Below, piece after piece: positions 49,103 to 61,860 of a stretch of 64,000 nucleotides of DNA. Origin of the DNA: Ophelia neglecta (taxonomy: Eukaryota); the NCBI GenBank assembly GCA_965285935.1, contig OZ260666.1, forward strand, positions 65,534,001 through 65,598,000, written 5' to 3'. Positions within the stretch are counted from its first letter, which is position 1, and each line of letters starts with the position of its first letter. The notes beneath the pieces are model-generated. The model ran no database searches. It was given only the letters and a program-made list of their open reading frames with translations, and had not been told where the DNA came from. The translations under genes were made by a program, and so were the position numbers.

Positions 49103-52100
49103 AACTACAATTTGGTAGTAAATACACCTCAGTGTGACTCGAATCAATGACTGTCTGAGGTAAAATACATCCTAAAACCATTTGGGGTCATCATTTGACC
49201 AAGTCACAGGCTGAATGTTCATTGTTAAACATGTTATAGACACACATGTTGATAAAGGCAAGCTCTCTAGTATAAAAGTTCATACATTTGTGGGAGAGGT
49301 ATAAATATGCAAATGTAACCAATTTTTCTCCGTCCTGTTATTTTGATTTTTAAATGGAGCTTTTCAAGTGGTATAAAATATCAATAATTAACCATTTTAA
49401 AAGCAACTTTAATTCTTTAAAAAATGTCCACTCCAGCATTATTTATTAAAACCAGCTTCCATCTCATATGAAATCTTTGTGCCCTTTGAACAGAAAGGTT
49501 TCTCATGATATCAATTTGGATGAAGTAGCTCAGTAGTAAACAACACTGACATGTGACCTTTTTTGGTTGACAGAGCCGCTCATTATAGTTTCATACCAAG
49601 ATGTACTGGTAATCATTTACAACAGGACAAGTTGTACCAGAGGCTGGGGTTTTTCTCTTTTGTCTTTCATTATTTTAACAATGGTGTGAATGTTTTAGCA
49701 CACCATATTTTATATATGGAATTTGTAGAAGGCTACACTAATTATAGTGTGGCACATGCACATGCACATGTATGTACATGTATATTTATATATATATATG
49801 TATATTTATATATATATACATATATATGTATGTGTGTATTCAATTTAATCTGTAACAGTTTGGTGCTGAGAGACAGTAACAAAATATATTGAGAAGGTTC
49901 CATAGGCTGGAAAGAATCAATGCTTCCTTTTCTGTAGCACTTCCAGAAAGATTTTGAAGATGGTATATTTTAAGAAGTTATCCCTTCCTTCTGATAACAT
50001 ACATGTACTACATATGGAGGCCCCATTTCTCTGGTCATACTTCAACTCAACATCAGTGCCATACTTAAAGTGCAATGATTTACCTGTTTAACAAATTATT
50101 CAAAGTGAACCAGAAATTGCATTGAAATTAAAAATGATATTTAATGATGACATTGAGTAAAAACAATCACTCACCAATGCCGTCTTTGAGAGCCCCTTGT
50201 GGAACTATCATCTACCTGTAACTACCAGTGTCTTGTTCCTACGATACATTAAACGACTAAGCATCTCCGCAACTCACCACTCTCTGCTTCTCCTGACTCT
50301 AGTGCCAACCAACTTTGCGCCAGCACCTACTAAATATATTTATTGATGCATGTGCCAGGGAATTCAGTTAATATTTGATGGCGGTTTCCTAGACTCTGAG
50401 CTTGCCCGGCATAAAGGTGGCTTGCATTTCCCGCTACTCCCAAATTGCTGACAATGAGCTCATCAAAAATTTATAGGTAACAGAAATATGCTGGACTGGT
50501 TATCAATTATTGAGTCCATCTCAAGTACCCCTCTGTTTGCATGCAAGTTCTTTAGCCACTAAAAAACCACTTCCTATATGTAAAATAGCAATTTCCTGAA
50601 GTTTTTCTCTTGAATATTTTAAAATGATTGTATTCAGTCTTACAGGTTGAAACAGGGAAAACAATATTTGATGAAGAACGCTCCATTCACTGTGGGTGTG
50701 GACTAGTCCACTTGTGACATTCAGTTTGTTTGTCATTTTGGAATAGGCTTCAAAACATCCAATTCAGTCCATGCCATAATGTGTTCAAACTTTTTCAAAT
50801 GACGCATACATGTATATGTTAAATGTTTGATATGCTTTCCCAAATGAGCTACAGCAGTAAATATATATATTGGTTAATGTGTATTTATTGTAAAATGGAT
50901 GGAGAACCATATCATTTATTCTATAGTTGCATTTAATTATTCAAACCTTTTATCAAAAGTTCAATTACACGCGACACATTAAGGCATTTTGTCGCCAATT
51001 TGACATTTTCTATGACACTCTCTAATGTTGTATTTTGTGAGTGTAAAGTGACTTGAAGGCAAACACAATTAATTCATCATTCCCAACTTATTTGTGATTT
51101 GCTGATCTCTTACTATTAGCATTAGGCATGTATTTCTAATGCTATACTAATTAACATTACTCCAGTCTTTCCATACCTCCAACACTGCATACAATGAAGC
51201 TTACATAGTGCTGCCATTGTCCTTTAAATCATGAGGCCAATAAATACATTCATTATTCATTTTCCAGCGGAAACTCTGGTATAGAGCTGCATAGCAGGGC
51301 ACATAAATGCTGGAGTGTTTGATTGCCTTGCATACAAATTCTGTCAGGGACTCATATATTTTTCAGGTGACATAGCAAAGCTTTTGACGTTTGTGTAATC
51401 TCCCATAAGTAAATTGTTTGGGCGTTCAGCACCATTCAATTATTCACCAGCCTCTAAATTGATGCTTGTAAGGACTAAGTGCTTATTTGATTTGGGTTGT
51501 CCTAGAGTGAACTTCAAACTTCTCAGGAAGAGCTTCCATCTCTCACACCTTTTGCAAAGAAGAAAACTGAACTTGTAGGATTTTTCCTAAAATAGTTTCA
51601 CAATGGGCCTATTTATAAGGCTCCCCACAACATATAAATTTTTTAAATTTCTGTCAAGAGTTGTCCTGAAAGACTTCTATTCATTATTATCAGTAATTAT
51701 TAATGTTCTATTTACACCTCCAACCCCTTTTTACTATTATCATGATTATATTCTTTTCACCGACCAGCCCATTAAAGCAGAATATATCCAGACGGGCAAC
51801 ATGACCCAAAAAAAGCCTATGATCAATTCATAGCTCCCTACATGTATGTCAAACAGGGCTATTACAACCGAATGATACATTTATGGCTACATGAATTTCA
51901 TTTTAGTCACATATGGCACTTGTGAGCTTACCATTCAGTCTGGTGTACAATGACAGGCAGTGCTGTGCATCAGCTAAATGTTTTTAAAGTTCAAAATACT
52001 CATGACTTTATAATGATCCTGACAGTGATAGATCAATGTTCATGCATAGGTTACCTTGCGAGTGTTATTTTTCTATTTATCTGTTAGTCTGAACAGAATT

Positions 52101-52199
52101 CTTCATATTGCTTGCCTGCCCCATTCTCAAAAATTGACACATTATGTGAAATTGGTAGGCAAAACACTGCATTCTCTTTACCCAGTACCAATGACCATA

Positions 52200-52860
52200 T
52201 TGTATGTCAAATTCCTGAGGCTGATCCTGGAAGTCAGTATCCAGGGCAGTATGGTATGTCAACCTCCAGGAGATGATCGTGGAAGTCAGTATCCAGGCAG
52301 TATGGTATGTCAACCTCCAGGGGCTAATCCTTGAAGTCAGTATCCAGGGAAGTATGGTATGTCAACCTCCAGGGGCTAATCCTTGAAGTCAGTATCCAGG
52401 GAAGTATGGTATGTCAAACTCCAGGGGCTGATCCTGGAAGTCAGTATCCAGGGTAGTATGGTATGTCAATCTCCAGGGGCAGATCCTAAAAGTCAGTATC
52501 CAGGGCAGTATGGTATGTCAACCTCCAGGGGCTGATCCTGGAAGTCAGTATCCAGGCAGTATGGTATGTCAATCTCCAGGGGCTGATCCTGGAAGTCAGT
52601 ATCCAGGCAGCATGGTATGTCAACCTCCAGGGGCTGATCCTGGAAGTCATTTCCAAGGCAGTATGGTATGTCAAACTCCAGGGGTTGATCCTGGAAGTCA
52701 GTATCCAGGGCAGTATGGTATGTCAATCTCCAGGGGCTGATCCTAAAAGTCAGTATCCAGGGCAGTATGGTATGTCAACCTCCAGGGGCTGATCCTGGAA
52801 GTCAGTATCCAGGGCAGTATGGTATGTCAACCTCCAGGGGCTGATCCTGGAAGTCAGCAG
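52200..52860. repeat. Minisatellite (VNTR), 51-52-bp unit (CAGTATGGTATGTCAACCTCCAGGGGCTGATCCTGGAAGTCAGTATCCAGG(G)), about 13 copies, in a harmonin intron
   Basis: Period of 51/52 bp (52247, 52298, 52350...); it explains the repetitive ORFs on both strands. Confidence 0.95.
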
Positions 52861-55800
52861 GCTGACTGTGGAAGTCAATGAGGGAATGAGGTGTGTCAAC
52901 CTCTAACACCAAGAGGACTTCCTGCGGAAAATATGCTAGTTATATGCTAGTTTTTGATTCCTTTACTTGTGGACCTTGAAGATAGAAGAAGGGTTCCAGC
53001 TCCCTGTCCCCTTCTTTCATATAATGTAACTACCGTTAATCAAAACGATTAATGATTTGCCTTCTAGTTATCTATAGCCACTAGAGATTGACTACTAATG
53101 GTGAATCTAGGAGAAAAGGGTTAATGAGTGTCATTGGCCAAACCTTCACAGTAAGCCCAAGGTGGACAGCATGGTTCACATGAACATTGTAGGAGAAGCA
53201 GATGAACTGTTCATGCAAGAATGTAACAATGTTAGTTTTTTGGAATATGAAATTATTTTATTTAGTGTTGAAATAGATCACTATTTTTCCAACTGAACAG
53301 TGCTGATGGAAAAATTTAAGAAAGTTACTTTGTTTCCGAATCCTTAACATTGGAGTGTCGAGGGCCCCTACTATGGGCCCTCATTTTGATATTGGTAAAG
53401 TGCTAAGGGCCCCTTAAATTGGATTCCTATTTTATCTAGTATTTTGTATTAAAAAAAGTGTCCTAACTTCATATCTGCCTCTACTTTACTGTAATTTGTT
53501 TAATATCATTGCAGTGAACTTGCCCTTTCAGAAAATCTATAGTTTTGGGGAAAATTCAGTTGTTGAAAATCTCTTCATTGTCAGGTGAGGTCATGAACCT
53601 TAAGAAAATATGATAAGTTTTACAGCACTTTCCATACATTAAATTTGTACATTTGTTTTGGCACACAAAGTGTTAATACACCCTACTTTATTCTAGCAGT
53701 ATTGTCGTGACTAGCAGGAAATAGAATCTGTACTACAAACATGGGCCTAGCAGGTGAAAAAAGGCTGGAACACCTACACACTAGATCTGGTGAAGCTACA
53801 CAAAATAGATTTCATCACCAGCAGCACATATTGAATATTAATATTGTAATTGACATTATTGTGACATCATAGGCTAGTTGAGATTTTGAACAGCTATGAA
53901 CAACCTACGTCATATTCTGTAAAGTGGCTAGAAAAAAATACGACAACATAACTCAGTTAGGTTGTTTATGATGTCATTTCCATCCCCAGGATTTAAAACC
54001 GTCCCTGCATGATGGTTTGGCCTGTTTTTGACAAATTATTGATCATAGGGGAAAGAAACCAGATCAGAGTTGCTTAGATTAGTGGAACTTATCATAGCTT
54101 ACATAAAAATTAATTTCATCTTATTTTATAACATATAAATATAATGGCACATTGGCAATTTGCCTTACATGTCATATTCCTACATATCCTTATTGTATAA
54201 TGTCAGGGTTGACAAATTACCAAGTGTGTTAATGGGGCCTGAGTGCATTTCATTTATAAAAATTGTTTAAAATTATGAAGTCACAACAAAGTTTTGATTG
54301 GTCTTTGATAGTAGTTACCACTTACCAGATTAATAAGCACGGACTATAAAATAAAATGGCAAATTAACACCTCAATATTTATATATTTCAATTGCTACCT
54401 CCAGCCATATACATGTTTATGCTACTAAGAATGGATCATGACTAAAAGGATAGATTAATCTCCTGAGTGTAAATTATTCAAACATATATATATAAATATA
54501 TATGATATGTGTTCAATGATTGTTTGTTTTTTGCTTCTCATTAACTGCACAGGCGATTTATATAATGGCAGAGCACTGTGCAGGAACCCTGTCGGCATTG
54601 GCAGAAAATTACCAATGGTTTGTGCAAGTGCCAAAATGTATGCCAAGAGACTGAGTCCAAAATAAATGAAGATCATCAAACTTTAGCTATTGATGTACTG
54701 TTCCCCAAAAATTATGAAAATGAACAAAAAAACATTGATTATTTCTAATTTATCCAATGGAACATGAACATTAGGTATAATGGAACATGACTGAAGGGAA
54801 CTGTTTATACTGATAGATAGTTATATGATGTTAAAAAGTGAATGACAGGACTGATTTCAATGTTAAACTGGCAGATACTTCAGGTTTCCCTAGGAAACCT
54901 AAAAACTTCACAATTTTCCTGAAATTTCGGTGTCTACCGGTACATTGGTTGCTAGTACCAAATTCAGAGGGCACATTCTTTTCCTGTTCTCCTTGTTGAG
55001 CATCGTCATTGGACTGGTCTAGTCAGCACAATTGGAAAGCAGTGGCTGCAATGTATTTATTATTCATGCATATATGGCCTGCAGAATTAGACATGGCAGG
55101 AGTTTATGGAAAATTAATAAGACTGTCACTTAGTGGGCATGTTGGCTGGTAAATTATTCAGGGAGGAAGTTGGTGGGAGCTGTCTCCCTACCACAAGCCG
55201 GGGGGATCCTGGATCTTTTAAGCAAAGCTTTTTGGGGCTGAGCCTGCCCAAGGAACTCCCCCCAAACATCCCATATCATTAAGCCACTCTCTGGACTCTG
55301 GTACAACTTGTAAAAAGCAATAGTGCAAGAAGGACCAATCTAGATCTGACACAGGCCAGGACCTCTCAGACTCTACATGTAGCAGGGTGGAAAAACATGA
55401 ATATTGGCCATTATTCCATACAATTTTCACCAAAATTTCTGTCATTTTGATAAATTTTTCAAGTTTATGTTTTAAAATGTTGAATAAATCAAATCTGGAT
55501 TGGGTGGATTTGGTAGAAACAAGTTTTCTGCAAAACTTTATTATTGCCCTGACCAACCCTAGGTATGGGCATATTTTCTTTATAGCCTGCCGACCAACCA
55601 ACCCACATTTTATGGTTTTGAAATTTTCGTAGCAAGAAATCAAAGAATGATGTCCTGATAAGATAAATCTCTAGCTAAACCAAATTGAAAGATCCCGCCA
55701 CACTTCCAGTGACATATTTATAAGTGAACATCTTAACTTTTACAAGGAAACCTTGTGTTCCTACCAAGCTCCTGAATAGTAAAAAAAAAGGATTTTCCTG

Positions 55801-58047
55801 AAACCATCCTTGCCCTCACATCCAGGCATTCCTAGAATTTCTCATGAATCTGTTAAAGGGAAGTTAAAGGAGCTGCCAATCGCATATGGCACACGCAATA
55901 AGTTACTAGGGCTAACTCCGCAGCTGGATTTGATAATGGTAAGTTTTTAATCATATATTTAAGATATATATTTTTTGTCAGCCTTAAAACTGAATAATAA
56001 TGCATTCCTGATGAGTTACACCAATTGGTTAGCAGAGTTTGCAGTTTAATTATACTAAATTGGTTGAAAAGGTCCATTTTTGAATGTCCCAAAAATTGCA
56101 GGTAAACTTCAAACAGTTTACCCAATGCTAGTTATTCATCTATTATTCATGCATTATTAATTCATTATTAGTGTATTGTAAATCCATTATTAATGCAAAA
56201 ATTCTCACCAGAGATAAATAGTATTATTAATAATTGTTATCATGATTAAAAATGTCATTAATAATTAATAGACATCCATTTTCTTTGATATTTGAGTATC
56301 ATTAATGCATTATTCATGTTTGTCATCAACTTACAACGATTTTACATCTTTTTTGCAGGATCAAAGATGGAGAAGGAAAAAGATTGAAGACCCTATGAAA
56401 TCTCCACCTTGGTCCTACTATTATTTGCATTTTCTGTCATTTTGATATCAGTTGTACAACTTTCTTATCAATAAATAAGGAATGTAGTTTTTAATTATTA
56501 TTTATGACTTCAGTTCTTGCGAAAGATAATTAATGCTATTTTTAATATTATTGATAGTGAAGGTTTGAGATAGTTTGAATGTGTTCATGGTAAAATTGCA
56601 AATTTTTGCTTCTGATTATAATAATTGTTTTGCCCCTTTTACAATATTTTATGAGTGGTCTGAGCTATACTTCAGTGTATGATGATAAAAAATTGATAAT
56701 TTATTTATTAATTATTTTGTTTTTTTGTTAATTTTAATGTGTTTCTGGTTTGATTTTGAAAGTCAGCTGTAGGGCTAAAATAACACAAGCAAGGTGTTTA
56801 TAGACTATCTTGAATAAATAACAAAGGCTAAATTCATCAAATTTGACAATCCAGAGCTACATGCAGGTGATAGATTCTTATTGGCACTGAAAGAACTTGC
56901 TAAAAACTCTCACATATTCATACAAAATTTATCGCTCCTACCTATGGGGCAAACATTATTGCTCTTATTTTCTTTTTCATAATATCAGTTAGTATTCATT
57001 GTATTTTACCAGATTGATGAGACGCCACTCTTGTTTCCTCTCAGTAATTCATGACAAGACCATGTGAGTCAAGTTCTGCTCCAATTCCTTGAGCATTTGG
57101 CAGACTGTTCACCTCTGTGTAGGATTTTCATTTTGTGAGTCAAACCATGACTGTTTCAGTCACAGTGGGTGGATGTGAGTCTAAAACCTACAGTCTGATA
57201 GGAAGTAAATCTACATTACACATCAGCTGGTAGACCTAATAGCCCTTTGTTGAAGGCAGACACTGATTTACCAGTGCTTTCTGGCCTAGCCTCTCAAATA
57301 TACATCATTTTAGGTTTTATTTTGCCAAAGGATGTACCATGATAGTTCTACTCTTTTGAGGATAGTTTATATTATGCTGACACCAGTCAAGGTAGAATAT
57401 AAATGAAGTTTAATTCCAATAGAGCATGTCAAGCAAATTTTTCCACGTGTGAACCTCCTAACATTTGATAGGCTTTGAGGATTGGTACCGGTATGTTTGT
57501 GAGATTTATAAAGGATTTCATGTAAAATGATACAGACTCTGCTGAGTGACATGCATGTGGACTGTATGTGTGGTCATGGGAATGAGTTCCATGATTCACT
57601 GGAGAGGGCGCTGAACGGAGACTGGTCCGCAGCTTGGGTAAAACGACAGAATGCCCATGGCAAGAAATACTCGGCAAACAGAGTCATAAAAAAGTAGGTT
57701 AGGTACAGTAGGCTGGTGATATTTAGGAAGCTGCTTAAAATATTTTATCTTTAAAAAATGAATTTTGTGCATAACATTCGATAATGGAGGCTATATTATT
57801 CAGTCATGTAGACAACTGACAATTGCTGTCCCCAGAGAAGATCAGTCTTTGATTTGACTGCAAATTATTATTTCCTCTTCATGGTAGCCCATCTTCCAAT
57901 ACATTTGTATAATCACGTGTTTGTTTGAAGAAGAATTGTTTGGAAACAAGAAGCCCAGCTCCCCGTGACATCAGTCTGTACAATTATACCATTGCTGTTA
58001 AAATTTGGGAATTTTCTGTGTTTTTGAATCTGAATCTTTTCTTTCAG

Positions 58048-58175
58048 GCCTCTGATTCCTGTGAAACATCAGATTGAGTATGACAAAATGGTGCCGTGCT
58101 ACCCAAGTGAGAAGCTGAGGACTGTACGCCTGACCCGAACAAACAAGGAGGGCCTTGGCTTTGCAGTCAGAGGAG
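58048..58175 (+). CDS. USH1C: Harmonin coding exon 4, end of N-domain and start of PDZ1 ([42 protein letters not shown]); gene continues beyond the window
   Basis: Aligns to human [42 protein letters not shown]; GLGF PDZ loop; CTTTCAG acceptor and GAG|GTAAGT donor. Confidence 0.95.
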
Positions 58176-61100
58176 GTAAGTAGTATGTAACCTTTAGTCA
58201 GTGGAAGTCAGTAGTAGAGTGCTGATGGATAAGTGGGGCTTAGCAGTATATACTTTGTCTGGAATGCCAGTAGTATAGACTGTTATGAGAGGTGAGTAGT
58301 ATACATTCGGAGGCGCTGAGAAGTATAGACTCTGACACAGAAGGAATGATGTATGAAGGATTAGGAAAAATATCTTTAACAAAGGGGGTACAAATCACTA
58401 CTATGAGGATAGAATAAGTGAGATTGCATGTTTACACACAAAAAAAGAAAGGTTTATCTCCCACAGTGCCCACAAATTTAAGGAGAGAAAGAATTTCATC
58501 AGTTGAATGATTAGTCTTCCTGTCCATTCATTGAAAATGATAATGAATGATGCAAAATGTCAATACTGTCCCAAAACTGAATTCCCAATTTAATTATTTG
58601 ACATCTGAATTATGATATTTGTATGGTGTCAGCAACTCTGATTCTCAATGGCAAAATCAATGATAAATGTCCACAAATAAAAGGAGATTGAAAGCCATGA
58701 ATGATTTATATAGAGATGGACTCAGTTGGGTGGTGAAAGTTTCATAGCTGACATCCCTATTTGGTGTCATTCTTAAGGTATAACTAATTAACACTTGGTG
58801 ACACATTGTGAAAACCCTTCATGTCATAAATAACACTTAGAATGGTACTTAACTCGCGAAGTTACAAAGAGAGTTCACTTCCATTGTAATAGTATGGGCT
58901 GATTTACAATAGTCAGTCAAGTCTGCCATTGACACTTTATGTGGCTTGGTGTCACTCAGGCAAGATTGGCATTGGTATAATAAGAAAAATTGATGTAACA
59001 AAAGATAGTATGATGGTTATGTCCAGAGAATATTGACAACAATATACCAAATAAGATAAGAGAATAAGGACCATCACCAAACAGGTTGCTGCTCTAACTT
59101 GTACATGTATCTATAATGAACAGTTTTGATTTAAATTTTAATTGTATATCTTCAGAGAAATCCTTTAACAATTTGTATCTATATGTGCATGATACTGGGG
59201 AGGGGGGTGGGGGGGTGGGGGTGGCAATTGTACTGAATTCCTATAAAGAAAATGCTGTTTTCAACCATATTAAAAACGTAACTAACCCAAAAGTGTTACA
59301 GTCTGATAAGTCTTGACGACGTTGTTATTTAAAGATAAAAAACAGTGCAGTGAAGGAAGTTTTATGTGTAAATGAAAAAGACACGATATACACCTTGCCT
59401 GAACTGGAGAAGCCTCTCCAAGAGGAGACTCAACAACAGTCTTTTATAGCCAAGCCCTATCTTTATGGTGCCAAGTCTTATTAGTTTCTGTTTCAAATGA
59501 TACCCCTTTGGTGTGGTTCAATCTGGCTGAAGGGTGGGCCCTAAAGAGGAAACCTCTATTGATGGCTTTGTCTAGTAGCATCGCATGCAAAACCTGCCTG
59601 GTCGTCTCCTTCCCTGACACACGGCAAAGAAACTACCGGTACATAAAGTTACTCTACTATATATGTCACCATCTGGCCCATGCTTTATACATGTATATTT
59701 ATATATATAGAAGTCTGGCAGTATTTCATGTTGGGTTAGTGACTGCCTTTCCTGGTTAAATTTTGACCCTTATGCTGTGTTTGTATCCTGTGCATGCCCT
59801 GCTGCGACCACCACCCTGATTATACCATCATTACTGCAAAATACTTAGCCAGTAAGAGGATAAATCAGAACTTCTCTCTGTGTTTTAACAAGTTAATTGG
59901 ACTCACCTGGCTGTTGTGTGCCCTCTGAGGCCCTAATCTGTCTTCTGACCAACAGTTACAAGATTTACTGCAAGTTTCTCGGGAGATGCTGCCAACGGGA
60001 AAGTTACCGGAGAGTGTCGGCATCGCCGAAGGTCCCTGGGCATAAATACCCAGCTGGTTGGCCCCCTCATATGAATATTTGATAGCAACATTGATACATT
60101 CCTTGTAGCTGGGTTTCACACAAACATGGAGGCTCAATTCTCCATTAAAAATTCATCATTGTGCAGAAACATGAATTCCGCTGGGTTGTTTTTGTGATAT
60201 TTCGGACTGGCTCACACAGTTGAAATGATTTGATATGCGAGCTGCAAAAATCCTCCGCATTTTCCCTTTTGCAATATGTCAATATTTTATTGCAAGCTGA
60301 TAAAAGCTGAGTTATACTGATGTATTTCTTTCATCAAATTAGTTATCCAATATGTTATTTAGATGTATTAGCCAAAGACCCTTACAATGTCTATGTCATA
60401 AAGTCCCTAGGGATGTGAAAGGAAGTAAGACCATTTTACCCCATATACCTTCATGACAGTCTTTGCACTTGACTGCTATCCTTCCATTAGATCTATAGAA
60501 CACCCTGAACTGAAGCAGTGGCTCCCTGTAATTAGCCTCTAATTAAGCTGGTATTAATTAGGCATGTCCTGGGGATAATAGGGATCAATGAGGAACAGTA
60601 ATCCATTCAATTAGTCACATTATTAGTACCCCAGTCATTCTAGGAACAGGCACTTATTACAAGTAAAGACTTAACTGTGTTGCTTTCTCTAAGCCAGAAC
60701 TTTATTAACAAGAATGCTTTTGCAAAAGTTAATCCTTTACTTGTACACAAGTAAATAGGAAAAGCATTTAGATTCATGTCCACGGTGGGTGTTCATTTAG
60801 AAATCTTTGCAAAACTACCACCACTCGACCCTGTGCCCTTTACTTCTTCTCTGAAAGTAATAGCTTAAATAATTGATATGGCCTTTCATTTCCAATTGAA
60901 TCCATTTGAGGCCAATCTTTCCAGCAGTGAGGGAATGGTAATCTAGAAGGAAATATGAAATATTGCAAATCATATTTAATATCAGTGTATCTCTTTGTTC
61001 CCCTGCTAAGGAAACAAAGAGCATTTATTGCTTATCGCGCTACAAACCTTGGTCTTCACCGGTGGATTTTGAATGGAGACATGGCAGATTTAGAATGGGG

Positions 61101-61409
61101 GCATGGGGGTCAGGACACCAATATGGGGACCAGCTCCCACTTTTCTTTCCATCCATTCAGTGTTCCATTGCTCCAGAGGGCATCTTAAATGTGGGAGATG
61201 AGTTTTCCTTTCAATACCACAATGCCTGTAATGAATGGCACCCTTTATAGATAAAAACACTTCGGTTTATTATTATTTCAGCTTATTTATTATCTGCAGT
61301 CTTTAGTCCACCTACATAATGGTGACATTATGGTGGACATTATGAAAATCAATTAATGATAATTTATATTTTGCCATTAATATTCATACAGCTATGAATT
61401 TAATTGGCG

Positions 61410-61860
61410 CCTTCTTTTGGAGGGGACAACCAATTCCCTCCCAGAGTAGGGCCTTGAGGATTCTCGAAAACCCTCCTTTGGGCCATTCCCTCGATAAGTA
61501 TGGTCTGGAGAGGTTCTGAAGTAGACCCTTCTTTAAAAGTGGACATTCAATCCCTCCCAGATTCCACCTGCAGACACATTGATCTATGGAAGGAGATACC
61601 ATGCCCTTCGAAAGTGGAGTCTGGGAGGGTCCTGCAGGTTGGGAAACCATGCCGCCCCTGCTCCACCCCTCCCCCCCCCTCCCCACAGAGTGGGGTGTCT
61701 AGGAGGGTCCTACTGAAGGTGACATCCATTCCCTCCAAGGTTTGTGCTTGGGAGGGCCTGCGCTACAGGAGGGGACACCCATCCCCTCCCAAAGTTTGGG
61801 AGTGTCCTGCAAGAGGGCACACCAATCCCTCCAATAGGAATGTCTGGGAGTGACCTGCCA
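61410..61860. repeat. GC-rich degenerate tandem/low-complexity repeat (GGAGGG...CCCTCC motifs)
   Basis: Recurring TCTGGGAGGGTCCTGCA and CCATTCCCTCC blocks in an otherwise AT-rich intron. Confidence 0.55.

Noticed and set aside
49524-49560. GTAGCTCAGTAGTAA as a tRNA
   Set aside because: Only an A-box-like fragment with no T-arm or cloverleaf; at most a decayed SINE head.
52056-52740. Repetitive ORFs (MVCQPPGADPGSQYPGS... and reverse frames)
   Set aside because: By-products of the 51/52-bp minisatellite; the 52-bp units shift the frame.
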